DNA from: Enoplolaimus lenunculus
Taxonomy: Eukaryota
Length of the DNA stretch: 64,000 bases
Direction of reading: 5' to 3'
Assembly: GCA_030248215.1 (NCBI GenBank)
Contig: JASANG010003765.1
Coordinates: forward strand, 124,001 to 188,000
The notes beneath the pieces are model-generated. The model worked only from the letters and a program-made list of their open reading frames with translations. It had not been told where the DNA came from and ran no database searches. The translations under genes and the position numbers were made by a program. Shown piece after piece: positions 1 to 12,497 of the stretch; positions within the stretch are counted from its first letter, which is position 1; the number at the start of each line of letters is the position of its first letter.

Positions 1-461
1 ATTTTCACCCACGATTCTTTCTTCTTTTGTGTTAAAAAAATTGCATAATTTTACAAAAATTAAATTGAGTGCCTCCAATATTGAAGCCAGTACGAATAAA
101 AAGAAAACTTCAATAAAATATTACATATTTAGAACAAAACCAGTAACAAGAGTTTAATTTTTATCTGAGTTTTGAAATTTTGACCCACGAGTATATCCGC
201 ACCAGAAATTCTGTATCTGTCTTGCGTTCACCAGCGGGTAAAAATGGCGTAGTCAGGATTTCATTTCGGATATGAAAAATTGTCCCAAATTTACCTTTGC
301 ATTCTGCTCTGCAGCCCACAGAAGTATTTTTCGAATCATTTCAGAAATTTGTTTTCAGGAATATATCGCATTATACTTCTGGCCTTGTACGCGCTCCTGG
401 CGGGTACACGCCAGTACCCACGGGTCAGGTGGAACGCTTCTCGGGATACAATGTTTACCAT

Positions 462-941
462 TAGTAATGTGGACCGTACCACAAATAAGCAATACAGTCC
501 GCAGTCAAACCGTGGACCGCGGCGGCCGGACCGCAGCAATGTTGGACCGGACAGGTTGCAGTCTGAACACTATTGGGCCGGCAATGGTGACCCGTACCAA
601 CGCTATAAATTAATCGCGAAATACTGAACATTGCACCAGTTTTGATCCGAGCGCCCTAAGCTTGTTGAGAACGAAAATAGCGTCGCGAATTTTAGAAAAT
701 GTAAATACCATTTTCACATGATTTTTCGTCGACCAAATTTTGCCCTTAAAGCTTTGAAAGCCAGTGTAGTAAAATTTTAAAACGTCATATGTACAAAATA
801 ACTGTCGGTCAGACCGAACCGGACAGGTACGAAGCGCTCCAGCCTTGTACTAGGCCTGGACCGCTCGGACCGAAAAACAGCATTCCGTGGGCCAAACGGC
901 TGAGAAATTTTAGGACCAGTCCTGCCCGGTCCACATCACTA
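462..941. mobile_element. Non-autonomous TIR element (hAT-like termini) in FoxP intron
   Basis: Inverted ends tagtaatgtggaccg / cggtccacatcacta, with many internal ggaccg/cggtcc subterminal motifs. No clean TSD. Confidence 0.65.
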
Positions 942-982
942 CCACTAAGTGGTAACGCCTCGTTTTACGCGACTGCACTAAC

Positions 983-1161
983 CTTCCACGTAGCTGCGTT
1001 TCTTCGAAAATAAGCAAACGAATCTTGAAACCATGTGTACACTTCATTCAAAGTCAATTGATTATCTTTCGATTCAATGATACTTTGCCGTATTAACGAC
1101 GCGTACGTATACGGAGGACGTACATCGTTGTTTTTGTAGAATTCTCTGTGTTGATCAAGAT
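983..1161 (-). CDS. FoxP: FoxP exon 9: N-terminal half of forkhead domain (gene continues beyond position 1)
   Basis: Manual translation [60 protein letters not shown] matches the FoxP forkhead signature. Bounded by tttag acceptor and gttagt donor. Not in the ORF track. Confidence 0.97.
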
Positions 1162-1543
1162 CTAAAGTATAAAATGGAAAATATTACAAGTTTTGGAGCA
1201 ATCTTTAGCATACAGAATATTAATCGGTTTGATATTTGAAGTTCTGCAGCACAGCTCAACTTCAGCTCTCGACGGCGGTACATATTTTTAGTTTATAAAT
1301 TGTTTCAAGGACACAATTGTCTTTTGACACGCATTTCAAACGCACCGAGTTATGATAAGCTTAAACTCAAGATACAAATACGATATTACAGTTGTGAGTT
1401 TACATCTAAAACTAAGTCTAAACCTAATTATAATCTTAAATATTGTAAACGATGATTCCACGCTTAGAAACAATAAAACAGCTTCTGTAATGGAGTCTAG
1501 TAAATAATAAAAACTGTCAAATCGGTTTGTTCACTTTAAGTAC

Positions 1544-2387
1544 CTGCTCCAATTGGTTGCAGAGATTTATCAATCGGTCGCCGACGCATGTTCAATTTCA
1601 TTAATCCGTTGCCAGCAGACGACATATTAGTATGTTTTGAATTATTTTGCTGTGATTGTTGTTGTTTTTGTTGTTGTTTTTGTTGTTGTTGTTGTTGTTG
1701 TTGTTGTGGCTGATGTTGTTGTTGTTGTTGTTGCCGCTGTTGCCCATGTTGTAGCAACTGTGGTTGTTGCTGAAACAATTTCGAAACATCATTAGCGGTC
1801 AGGCTGGACGAATGTGATACCGAACGAATTGCTTTTGGCTGAACGGGTATAATTTTATTGCGATCACCAGAAGACAGCGGAGCTCCAACTAATGGATACG
1901 CAAATTTATTCAGTGCCAAGCTTTCGTTATTAATGTCAACGCCATTGGTTTGGTGAATTGCTGCTGTTGCCAGAGTTGCGCCATTGTCTGTTGATAACAG
2001 CTCGACTGGGATTTGTTGCGATCGCATCTGAGATATCGGTCTTGATGACAAGTCTGAGGTAGAATTCATTAATACAGCAGACGATTGGTGTAGTGGAAAT
2101 TTAGGTGGCGCGCTTATGGCAATAGGTTGTGTACATGGTGAGGTGATGGGGGTTGTTGTTGTTGTTGTTATTTTTTTATTTGAAAAATTGTTACATTCAC
2201 GTTGTACTACAGATGCAACACCATCGTCATGAGTTATATCGCTTAGTTGAGGAGATATTAACGGCAGTAGAGGCCGTGAGGTCAGGCTACAAGGAGCGCT
2301 TGCAGGTCCTGGATCGACCGTAGTGTTACTGTTTTCAGCGAGCGATAACGGAGCAAGATGCATTGGCCCGAATGAGGGCAGTGGAAT
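1544..2387 (-). CDS. FoxP: FoxP exon 8: Ser/Thr/Gln-rich linker ending in RRRPIDKSLQPIGA
   Basis: ORF 1536..2363 extended to the ttctag acceptor. Phase-1 donor g|gtact joins the forkhead exon as GAT (Asp). The RRR..DK motif typically precedes FoxP forkheads. Confidence 0.9.
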
Positions 2388-2665
2388 CTAGAATAAAGAT
2401 TAAATAAAATGATGCATTTCATGCAATGCAAGAGTATTATCAACCGTGTGTGCCACGAATGATGGCAGTGGAACCTCAAGTTGATACAAAGCTATTAAAG
2501 TAATATATATTATATATATATGTATGTATGTATGTATGTATATATATTTAAGGCGCAATAAACTGGACGCGCCATTAATTTTAGGACTTATTCTTTGTAC
2601 CAATTTACTCAAAAACTGTAAACGTAAAACATTGGAACGCTCAGATAAACGTAGGCACAACTTAC

Positions 2666-2884
2666 ATAAGTTTTTAGCTGGCCATTAATTGGTCCTGCAC
2701 CAGAAGTCTGGATATCGATTGGAGGTAGTGACGATTCAATTGCGCTACACGACTGTGACATTGGCATAACCGTCTGAATAGGGTCTTGCTCTCGCAACAG
2801 AGATTGACCAGTTAGTGTTGCACTAGGTTGACAGACTAAAAAGTCTTGATGCAACTTGAGTGCTTCGACTGCATTGAAGGTTTT
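2666..2884 (-). CDS. FoxP: FoxP exon 7 (linker)
   Basis: Open frame KTFNAVEALKLHQDF...GQLKTY, ttgtag acceptor, gtaagt donor, phase 0-0 fits both neighbours. Confidence 0.8.
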
Positions 2885-3175
2885 CTACAACAATGAAATC
2901 AAATTTATTGCTATTGAGACAGATGATGTAACAATTTGTTGAAATATAATTTACCATTTTATGCCAGAAAGTTTGTATTTTTGGAATCGCAATATTTTAT
3001 GCCTCATATTACATACTATTGTGACACTAACAAAATTTAAATATATACATAACTGGTCTCATGTCATATTTCTAGTAAAATCTATTTCAAATAGTCGAAA
3101 TTTGGCACACGAATAAGAGCATCGAGTGCTCTTTGACAAATATCGGTCACAATAATTAGGTTTCTGTTTATTTAC

Positions 3176-4552
3176 CGTTTCTAAATTGTCATTTTTCTGC
3201 AGATTTTTACTAGTCTTTGTTTTTTCTGATTTCGACATTTCATAACCAGAATTTGTTGCGCCACAGACAATGTCCGCCATTTTCTGTTTTATTTCTTCTT
3301 TATTCGTATTTGTTTCATTATCGCTTTTCGGTGTGTCTCCATTGGGAACCGCTCTTTCACTGTGCCACTCATCCGATCTGTCCAGATTTTGATCAGTCGA
3401 ATCGTCGATTTCCTTATTACCATCCTTAGCACTGACAGCCTCTTCTTCACCTTTGATTTTGCTATTGCGGACGTTGGTTTCAGCATTGTAAGCAGTTTTC
3501 GGACTCTTACGGGGGTCTTCGTTATCACTGACGACTACGCTATTTTGGCTTTGCTTTAATTCTAAGTTCACGTTTTCGTCAAATACACTTCCATTCGACT
3601 CTGCGCGATCACGATTACAAGTTTCGGTTTCAATAATTTCTTCATTATCCACAATTTCAACATCAACGTCGTCCACACTATTATCGTCAATTTCAAGACT
3701 GTTTCGGCCGCAGTTGCTGTTGCCGTTGCTGTTTTTGCTAATCGTACTGTCATGGTTGCTGTTTCGGTTACTGTTCTTCCTTTCGCCATCGCTTTCACTT
3801 TTACTACATTTCCACTGATTAATTAAACTACTCCGATTCAGTATTCCGCCGCGTGTTATTTTGTAGCTTCGTTTAAATTCACTGAAGCTATTGCTGCGTT
3901 TATGCCGTTTGCCTCCTGCACGCTCATTATTGCACTTTGCATTGCTGTCAATTTCAAATGCTGTTTTTCTAACTGAGTCTGAATTTGTTTCACCTCCAGC
4001 AAATCGTACCGGAAGCCCTTGACTCGCAAACGCATGCAATTCGGCTTCGGCTTTGATGTTTGATCCTTTAGAAATTTGAAACTTTGACGACTCCGTGTTA
4101 ATATTTTTTGTTTCGGCTGGAAAGTTTGGTAATGTTGCTGTTGTCAATTGTACTGTTGTATTACGTGGAAGCAGTGTTGTACACTTTGGAACGTTAGTTG
4201 CTGTCGTTTCACTAGCCATCAACGCCATTGCAGCATCCGGTGGTACTTCCGGCGATAAATCTTCAACTTTCAAATTGGTCAACTGACTGCTATTGTTGCG
4301 ATTGAACTGTTTGTTGCTGTCGCGATCGCCAACATAAAAATCTCCTGTTTGTGTTGACGGTGTAGTACTGGTTTGAGGACCGCTACTTGTGGTCGAATCA
4401 GTGGAAAAGCCACTCGATCCACTGGCGATCAAACCACCCACAGGAGGTTTTCCAACACCAAGCATCAATCGCTTCACGCTCCACAGATGCGCGTCCATTC
4501 CAGCTAAACGCAAAGTTTCAATGTCGACTTGTCTCTTGAGTTGCTCCACGAT
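3176..4552 (-). CDS. FoxP: FoxP exon 6: leucine zipper second half plus long low-complexity linker
   Basis: ORF 3059..4588. tttcag acceptor then IVEQLKRQVDIETLRLAGMDAHL (FoxP zipper-like). Donor acg|gtaaat, phase 0. Confidence 0.87.
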
Positions 4553-5100
4553 CTGAAATTGTTGCACATTTTTGAAAGTTATTAGCACTAAACGGTATAA
4601 TATATGGTGTTGCGGTCGATTTTAATTTCTAATCGGCCACTGCCAAGCCCGTAATACTCAAACTGCAAATACTTGACTTGACGCACCACCAAGTCAAAAC
4701 ATTTGGTCATAACTTAAATAAGAGTTCAATGTAAATGCATTCGGATGCGGCGAATTTTCGTTATCATTCTACTATTACCCTAGCGGAACAAACATACACT
4801 GCAACGATTATTCAGCGAAAAATTAAGATATAAGCGCAAAATTAAACGAAATTTTTTGTAGAAAAAATAGATTTACTATACAATTTCCTTGTATCGTCCT
4901 CGATTCAAAAATTACTGTTCTCTCGCAATCAGTTGGGATGGCCGTGGGTATGGAAAGAATATAATTACTAACAAGAACTTTGTAGTTAAGTAGGACAAGA
5001 ACATTCATAGAGGGGCGATGAACCTATTCACAATATTAATCGGTTCCAAAATATAGCAGACACCCCTCTTCTATCGTTCCCCATTATTGCCGTATTGTAC

Positions 5101-5279
5101 CTCAGCTTGAATGCGCAGTTGTGCAGTTGAACGATTATCAAGAGGATGGGCGGCGCGCAGATGCAACAAAAATTCTTCGTGTGTTGCGCATACGATATCG
5201 CAACCAGGCCATAAACATCGACCACTTGAATACAGAGAATATTCCATTAGTTGTTGCTGTTGCAGTAGAGAAATGTTGC
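5101..5279 (-). CDS. FoxP: FoxP exon 5: C2H2 zinc finger and start of leucine zipper
   Basis: LYSSGRCLWPGCDIVCATHEEFLLHLRAAHPLDNRSTAQLRIQAE is the FoxP coiled-coil/ZnF signature. attag acceptor, gag|gtac donor. Confidence 0.96.
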
Positions 5280-6201
5280 CTAATATGATACAAAATAGTC
5301 GTTTATTAACATACGTCACAAGCCATTTTTGTACTGAAAAATGCAATTAATTTGTAAACAAAATTTGAACAGAGCGAACGGTGGTTTTACATGTAAATTA
5401 ATTGCAGCGGAGAGCTTAAAAACAAAAAAAGATCCTGTTTGCTAAAGTAAAGGCCGATATTCTCAAATGTGCATAGCATCTAATACCGGACAGTGATTGT
5501 TCAAATTCTCAAGAACTTTTGTAATTGCAAATTACAAATTTTGTGCAAAAGTAAGGCAAATCAAATGTTGAAAATGTGCTGTATTTCGAACCTTTCCTTT
5601 AATAGTGATGCGATTAGTTACAAGATTTCTTATCAACTGGTTATACGTAAAATTCACATTTCAGAATACAGGCTATGTCTGAAATTAACCTAACCTGAAG
5701 GTACTAAACTGCAGAGATTGGCTCATGAACGCTTTCGGTCACAATTGAGATTAAAGCTTATGCTTAGGTAAAGGTTTAGGCTTATAACTAAGATCTTCCC
5801 TGAAATTGAGACTATGCGTAAATGTAAACGAAGTGCACACAGTGCGCATTTGTTGTAACCTAATATAAAGAAGATTTCTACTATAGAATGACCTTATCAT
5901 AAACTGAACAATAAATCTATTTAAAAAATCTCAATCCACTGATGAATTACAGATGCGCTTTTGCAAGCCAACTATTTGGACTCCGGATCAATCACAACGA
6001 AAAATTGAATAGAAATATAAAAGTTCGGTATGAAAAGTATATAAAATTCAAGCACGTAATACTGTTTCGAGTTATCGAGCGCAAGCTTAAACAGTTTTAC
6101 ACTCGAAACCTTGTCCAAACCTATTAAGTTGTAGAGAAAATTCTACAAATAACTTCAAACAATGCTGCGAAATATGACAAATTGAACAGTGGATGTTTTA
6201 C

Positions 6202-6391
6202 CTCCGAGTCCATTCAGCCGTTCAGAAGAATTCATACGCAGTTGAATATCTTCGCCATGATCAAATGTAGCACAGCGCAACGAGTCGTTTGGTTTGCGTA
6301 CACTGTCTTCTCTACTGATCTGAGTTACCTGGAGCTTATCGATAGACTGATCTAAAGTTTGGTTATATTTGTTATAGATATAGAATTGTTT

Positions 6392-6487
<96 letters not shown>

Positions 6488-7092
6488 TTGCTGTTGTTGT
6501 TGTCGTTGTTGTTGTTGGTGGTGGTGGTGTTGTGGTTGCTGTTCCTGATGTTTTTGCTCGTTTTGGGTTTGTTGACAAAATCCTGAATTATTTTGAGGAA
6601 TGTTGACAATACCGTTCATCGTAATGCCTGGACCGGCACAATCGCTACTGTGTCTGCCGTTTGTACTCACTACAGATTTGACGCGTTGGTGCAGCAAATG
6701 TTGGTCTGTTTCTCGTTGACGCACGAATTGTAATCGTTGCTGTTCACAGTTTTGTAGCTGTTGTTCCTGTTCCTGTTGTTGATGCTGTTGCTGTTGTTGG
6801 TGTTGTTGTTGTTGTTGTTGTTTCAATTGCTGATGTTGTCGTTGCTGCTGCTGCTGATGTTGTTGTTGTTGTTGTTGTTGTGCACGGTCTTGTGTGAGTT
6901 GCTTGACTTGGCGTTGAAGATGCAATTGAGGATGAGGTAGACTGCGATAATCTAGTGTTTGTGGCAGTGTTGAAAACGATGTTGCGTCCGGCGATTGTTG
7001 ACAATATTGTTGTGACGGTTGTTGCAGATGTTGCGGTTCACGATATGATAACGAGGTACTGCGGCTCGGCGGTCTTTGTGAACATTTCACCC
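6202..7092 (-). CDS. FoxP: FoxP exon 4: polyglutamine-rich
   Basis: ORF 6155..7141. tttcag acceptor and g|gtaaa donor are both phase 1, matching neighbours. Contains an uninterrupted Q37 run. Confidence 0.82.
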
Positions 7093-8090
7093 CTGAAATT
7101 ACAGTTGAACTACTAAAAAACGAATTGTAACCATTTGACAAGTATCAACCGGGTTTGTACTGCAAATTTCTTTAAATTCCTATGAAACTTTGGATCTGAA
7201 ATTATACAAGCTTTGAGAACTGGCATACGTATAAAAACTTGATTTAAACAGGTTTGATTTTCCATTTTCCAGCGACTGGCGGCGGAATTTAGATATTTTT
7301 AACCCACGATACCAACCGCTGTATCAAATTTTTTACAACTGTATGTCCAAAATTATGTAACTTGCAGCTATTTCAGTGAAAAATGTCAAAAACTTTCGAC
7401 GCTCGTTCACCATTGTGAGACGTAACGTCAACCTTATTCATATCGCTAATTTTTTGTAAAATCACTTTAAATGTACTGGTTTGTATTCATAAAACAATTA
7501 GCGATCCCGTTGCCAAAAATTCCGGTGTTCCGCAGCTCTATACTTCTCCTGACTCTTAAGTTCGATACTCCAAAGGAATGTCAACCTCCTTTATCACAGG
7601 AGGAGTACGCTCGCCGCCGCCCCCCTTGTTATGGCCAGCATATCACAGCCGTTGCGCTGTATTTGTATTGTCACTTCAGATTTAGAATGAGACAGCATTA
7701 TATATCACTTAAATTTGTTTATACTTTCAATAAAAATAACGCATAACCGTAATAAAGCAACTGGCTCACTCAGTGCTATATATACATGCCGTAGCCCACT
7801 CCGTTATTCAGCCCAATTCGGACTGTGACATATACACTAAAGACGAGTCAAGGCTTTTTCGATGGCGGCGAATATAATTACATTTTTGGCGTTTTAAAAT
7901 TTTACACTTCTTGTCGCGTGTTTAATCAAATATTTTGATGCGTTTGAATTACAAATTGTACCAAACGGGTAAATATTTTTGAGCTCGTGTACAATAATAC
8001 TTTTTGAAGCTATTTATTAATGGAATACATGGAGTTTAACACAATTTATAGTTTATTAGATATCATTGTACAATGTTCTTTGCAACTTAC

Positions 8091-8208
8091 CATTTGTCAA
8101 CTCGACGTACTGCTGCGGTAGATGTTGTTCGTGTTGCTGTTGCAATGCACTGATCGCACGCATTAACTGTTGCTGCTCGTGTCCAAGTTTTTGAAGTTGC
8201 AGCTGAGT
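8091..8208 (-). CDS. FoxP: FoxP exon 3: Gln-rich helix TQLQLQKLGHEQQQLMRAISALQQQ
   Basis: ttccag acceptor (phase 0), g|gtaagt donor (phase 1). Confidence 0.8.
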
Positions 8209-8752
8209 CTGGAAACCATAAAACAAAACTGTATAATACGGTTGATAACGCGAGAATTTTTTTGTTCTGCAATTATTTTTATGATTAACAGTCAAAGGAC
8301 GTGCAAAATTAGTTTAAACAAGAGTCCATAACGACTCGTTTTACAAGAGTGTGTAACTGGGTACACTGTGTGTAGAAAAGAATGTACCCGGTACGTATTG
8401 CGTTTTTGCCCTACCTCGCTTTATTTAGAGGGGGCACAACCGGTGCGAACTATGGCACTTTATATATGCTGCGTCAAACATGGTCCACTTATAGTTTAAT
8501 TTAGGGGTATTCATGTCATAGTGTCCCTCCCTCCAAACAAGGGGGTCGACCAAAAACGCAACGCCCGGTTGTTCATTTTGCACCATGCGGGAGCCCAAGA
8601 GTTGCACCCTCTTGTCATGATCCACTCTTGCTTTAATCAAACATAATTTCAGTTTTGTTCTGCATTCCAACTACAAAATTTTGATATGTGTCGGAAAAGA
8701 TTAACGACAAACTAGCGATAGGTGCTGACTAAATTAGAAAATACGGGATATT

Positions 8753-9089
8753 GGCTGGGTTTCAGAAATGTTACTTAAGTATTTAACTTAAGCGATGGCT
8801 TAAGTGACAGCTTAACTATTTGAACAAAAACAAATCAATGCAGACTTTCAAGTAGTACCATATTAAAGAATCCTCAATTATATTTTACATTAAAAAAGTA
8901 CCATAAGACTACAGTCACAATTAGACTAGGGTTAGCTTGTCAGAACTGTTAATCCATAAAACATAAAATCTACTCGGCGACTTAAGTATTTACTTTTGAA
9001 TATGTTGACAAACGATAAATTGATAAGTAGTTGCTTAGTACATACTTAAGTATAAAGCAGCACTTAAGTAAGATTTCAGAAACCCAACC
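8753..9089. mobile_element. Palindromic MITE, family E copy 1
   Basis: Ends ggctgggtttcagaaatgttacttaagt / acttaagtaagatttcagaaacccaacc. Second copy at 15609..15948. Confidence 0.75.
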
Positions 9090-9130
9090 AATAAGTTTAA
9101 ATTTAAACATTTTGAAATTATTGTATATAC

Positions 9131-9436
9131 TTCAATGGCAACAGAACGATCCAAAGTTTGACTGAGTTGACCAATTGAACTGCTTTGGGCAACAATGTTG
9201 TGTTGCAGTTGATCTTGCAGTGTTGCACGCGGCATTGAATGATGTTGCGAAAGCGGTATATGATCGTAGTCGCTATTGGTGACAACAGAATTTTGCTGCG
9301 ATAGAATATTGTTAACGTTGATTTTGTTTTTATTGTTGCTGTTGTTGTTGTTATTGTTATTGCTGATCATACTCATGGCGAAGTTGGATTCAGCAGGGCT
9401 GCGTAGATTTGATTGAAAATTGGTAAGAGATGACAT
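9131..9436 (-). CDS. FoxP: FoxP exon 2: Asn/Ser-rich
   Basis: ORF 9035..9445. attcag acceptor, gaa|gtatat donor, phase 0-0. Confidence 0.75.
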
Positions 9437-9584
9437 CTGAATCATTACAGTATTTTTCGTGAAATTAACACATAATCCAACAAAATATCAATGATATGTC
9501 TATAACTTTATGGCCGAAAATAGAAAACATGCTGAACAATTTATGTTTCGATATCTGATTAATATGCAACATTTTTGTAGCTCT

Positions 9585-9785
9585 TACGGTCACCTATCTC
9601 CAATTGATAATAGGTCGTGTAGTTTTCGAACCAGTGAATGGTGAGGTTGAAAACTGAACACACTTTTCGTATTTGATTTGCTCTACAACTAAGCGAATGT
9701 GCAGTTTCGCAATTCAGGGAGTTCGTCACTTTGAAAACCTATCGTTAACTGGTGATAGATGCTATACGCAGTTGAGAATATACGG
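9585..9785. mobile_element. MITE family G copy
   Basis: cacctatc.../...gatagatgctatacgcagttgagaata inverted ends and core gaaccagtgaatggtga, shared with copies at about 28070-28260 and 62035-62225. Confidence 0.7.
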
Positions 9786-9877
9786 TTTAGTTTAAGGCTA
9801 GTTCAGCTAAGTGATGAATACATAACAATTTTTGTATGCTGCTATTTGCAAAACCTTTAGTTCTGGGAATACCTAGT

Positions 9878-10088
9878 CAGGGCCGGAGCAGCCACCCCCG
9901 TACCCACCCCCTGGGGGGCTCCCATCTGGAGGGCTCTAATCCATAAAGGAGCCCCCACCTTAACCGGCTGAAACAAAAACCACCGAAGTTTTCAAATGCG
10001 TTTGGCTTCTCACTCGTTTTGCTCGCGAATTTGGAAACCCTACCCTGGAGTTTTTGGGGAGCCCCCAACCCCGTTGGATCCGGCACTG
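9878..10088. mobile_element. Short GC-rich hAT-like MITE
   Basis: TIR cagggccgga / tccggcactg. Degenerate 8-bp flanks tacctagt / caactagt. Internal similarity to 37989..38138. Confidence 0.7.
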
Positions 10089-11091
10089 CAACTAGTAAAC
10101 GTAAATACATGCAAGCGGAGTATTTTCACCACTATGCTCAACGTATCTCTGCGAGCACAATTCAATTGTAATTCAAATTCCGAAATTAAAATGTGAAATA
10201 TCAAAATTTTGGAATACAGTAATCTTAACGATCAGTTCTCTAAATTTTCCATAAAAGTGTCGGATCAGAGGAACTTTTCGATCAGTCCAAACTCAGTCGT
10301 CATGTTTACATAAAGGCAATTCAAGGGAGGGGTGAATAGGTGGTCGCTCCGTCTTCCATCACATTTTTCATTTGTTATGTTTATACGCATATCTTCTGTT
10401 TGACAGTTGCAAGTACCGTAGTCCACTTGTTCTTTACAAAAAATTTCAGTTCAGCTACAAAACGTGTAGTGCGCAATATGAAAATGAAACATTTTTCAAA
10501 ACATACAAATCTGGTAAAATCCGTGTCAACAGAGCTGTGCTCGGAGTTGCTCGATACCCTGCCGAAAAGTCAGAACTGTAATGTGTTTTCAATTAAAAAT
10601 TTGCTTCGTTTTGTACTATACATTGTGAGGCTGCTCAGGTCCACAAATCTGATGCATGGGCAAATGTTGAAAAAGTTTCATGAGCGAAGGGAGGACGCAT
10701 TTGTCTTGAATTCAACTTATCAAAAAAATGAAGTTTGAGATCGAGAAAATTTTATCGTGTGGATTTTGGCTTCCGATAACGAAACCGTTTCGCGCCATAT
10801 CCCATTCAACTGCGGCGGGGGCATTCATTGGGGCAGTTAAAACGCGTTCTTTGTTGTTAATATTAACGGAAAATTGCAAATGAACCAAAAACAACAACAA
10901 TAATAAAAATGATTAACGACATTCAACGGCGATAGCCGAGCATTAAAAAGTTGTGCTTTCGTAAATATCCTAAAACGTAAATTTAAATTTTTAAAAATTC
11001 AGAGTAAACAAATACCCTTGTTTCACAGTTTTCAGTGTTTTAGTATTGTTGAAAACTCGACGTAACTGTTATTATTGTTGCAGCAAACAAA

Positions 11092-11262
11092 CAGTGGCGG
11101 ATCCAAAAATTTCTAAAAAAGGGGGCATAGCGCGAAAGGTATAATACTTGAAAAGCGATCGAGAAGCCGGACGCTATTTTAGTGCTAAACGTTAATACAA
11201 CATTTGATTTGTGCACGACAACGGGCAACTAGGCGAAGGTGACACCCTTGGAATCGCCAGTG
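11092..11262. mobile_element. Short GC-rich hAT-like MITE
   Basis: Ends cagtggcggatccaa / ttggaatcgccagtg. Confidence 0.6.
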
Positions 11263-12294
11263 CAAATAACAGTATTGTTTGTGACAAATAATCACACACA
11301 CGCATCGACACGACTATGCAACGCTGTAAAGTCGAGTTTAAAACTTAAAAATTACTATATTAAAAACAATACCAGGAACTAAAACGAAGTATAAAATGAT
11401 GATTGCTGTACAAGGATCGTTTCGCTTTGCACCATACAAGTATCATTGATGTAAATATCGGCAATCAAAGCAGAATATTACAGATTTTGCCAAAACAAAA
11501 AAAAATAGGACAAATTTTTAATTTAAGCAACTGACACTAATACAATTTGTTATTTTTACGCTGTTTCAACGATTGTAAACGAGTCAAATAGGAAAGACTT
11601 TAGAAGCAGTTGCTAAATTGAGTTCTCTTCCTTGGTAGCCATAGCTAGAAAAAACGTGTAACAAATGCGTAATATTACATGAAAACCTCAATCCATAGTT
11701 AATATTTTCAGATTTGTTTTAAGTATCTGTCGGCAGTAAGTAATGTGGTCATCAAAAATATCAACTCCAGTTAACGATTTAAATTTAGTTTTTCAAGTAT
11801 GCGAAAATTTTACAAAAAGACATCCCCACGCGAGCTGATGCCCCACCAAATAGACTCGGTCTAAAAGTAAACAATCTTGAATTGAAACTGTAGCGGCCCC
11901 TAAAATTATTCGAAGACAACCAAATATAGTTTTCTGCGGACTCCAGCAAGAAAATGACGTGGATATAACGAACTCGCAAGGTCTATCGACAACTGCTAAT
12001 TGGCGAAAGCGGTAAACACTGAGATTGTTTGGTAATATGAAGTGACCTGATTTTAGCTTGATAATAATCCACGCCAAACGTTTAATTGGACACCAAATAT
12101 GCCAAATTAATTATATCGAAATATATTAGAATCGAGCATTGATACACCACAGCAGTAAAGATGAGTGCTTGGGGGCGAACAAAATCTTGGAATTGAAGCA
12201 AATTGAAAAAATAAGCTAAAAAATGTTTGCACGCAATCACAATTATTGACGATTGTAACAATCTGCTAACTATTAAAAATAGTATAATAGTGAA

Positions 12295-12497
12295 GGCCTA
12301 TGTTACTTTAAAGGCGTAACAGTAGATTAAGCGTATTCCTAAGCCTAAAAGCCTAAGCCTAAGCGTTGCAAAAATGTGTTCCTAAGCGTAAGGCTAAGCC
12401 TAAGCCTAACCTAAGCAAAAAATGTAATCTAGAATCTATACTTATTGTTTTATGGACTCACCGTTAAACCTGGACGCCCCTTAAAGTAACATGGGCC
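12295..12497. mobile_element. Family B MITE (TTAGGC-rich, 8-bp TSD, Merlin-like)
   Basis: TIR ggcctatgttactttaa / ttaaagtaacatgggcc. Perfect TSD atagtgaa. Internal gcctaa repeats. Confidence 0.88.

Noticed and set aside
272..1013. Plus-strand ORFs 272..613, 280..627 and 789..1013
   Set aside because: They lie in a FoxP intron and overlap a GC-rich TIR element. No recognisable domain.
6352..7004. PolyN, polyT and polyL ORFs overlapping the polyQ exon (likewise polyC/V/L at 19596-19989)
   Set aside because: Stop-free by-products of the CAA/TTG repeat. Only the Gln frame has phase-compatible splice sites.
10340..10970. Possible extra FoxP exon or antisense ORF in the large intron
   Set aside because: An acceptor-like site exists near 10970, but the frames contain stops and no convincing phase-compatible exon was found.
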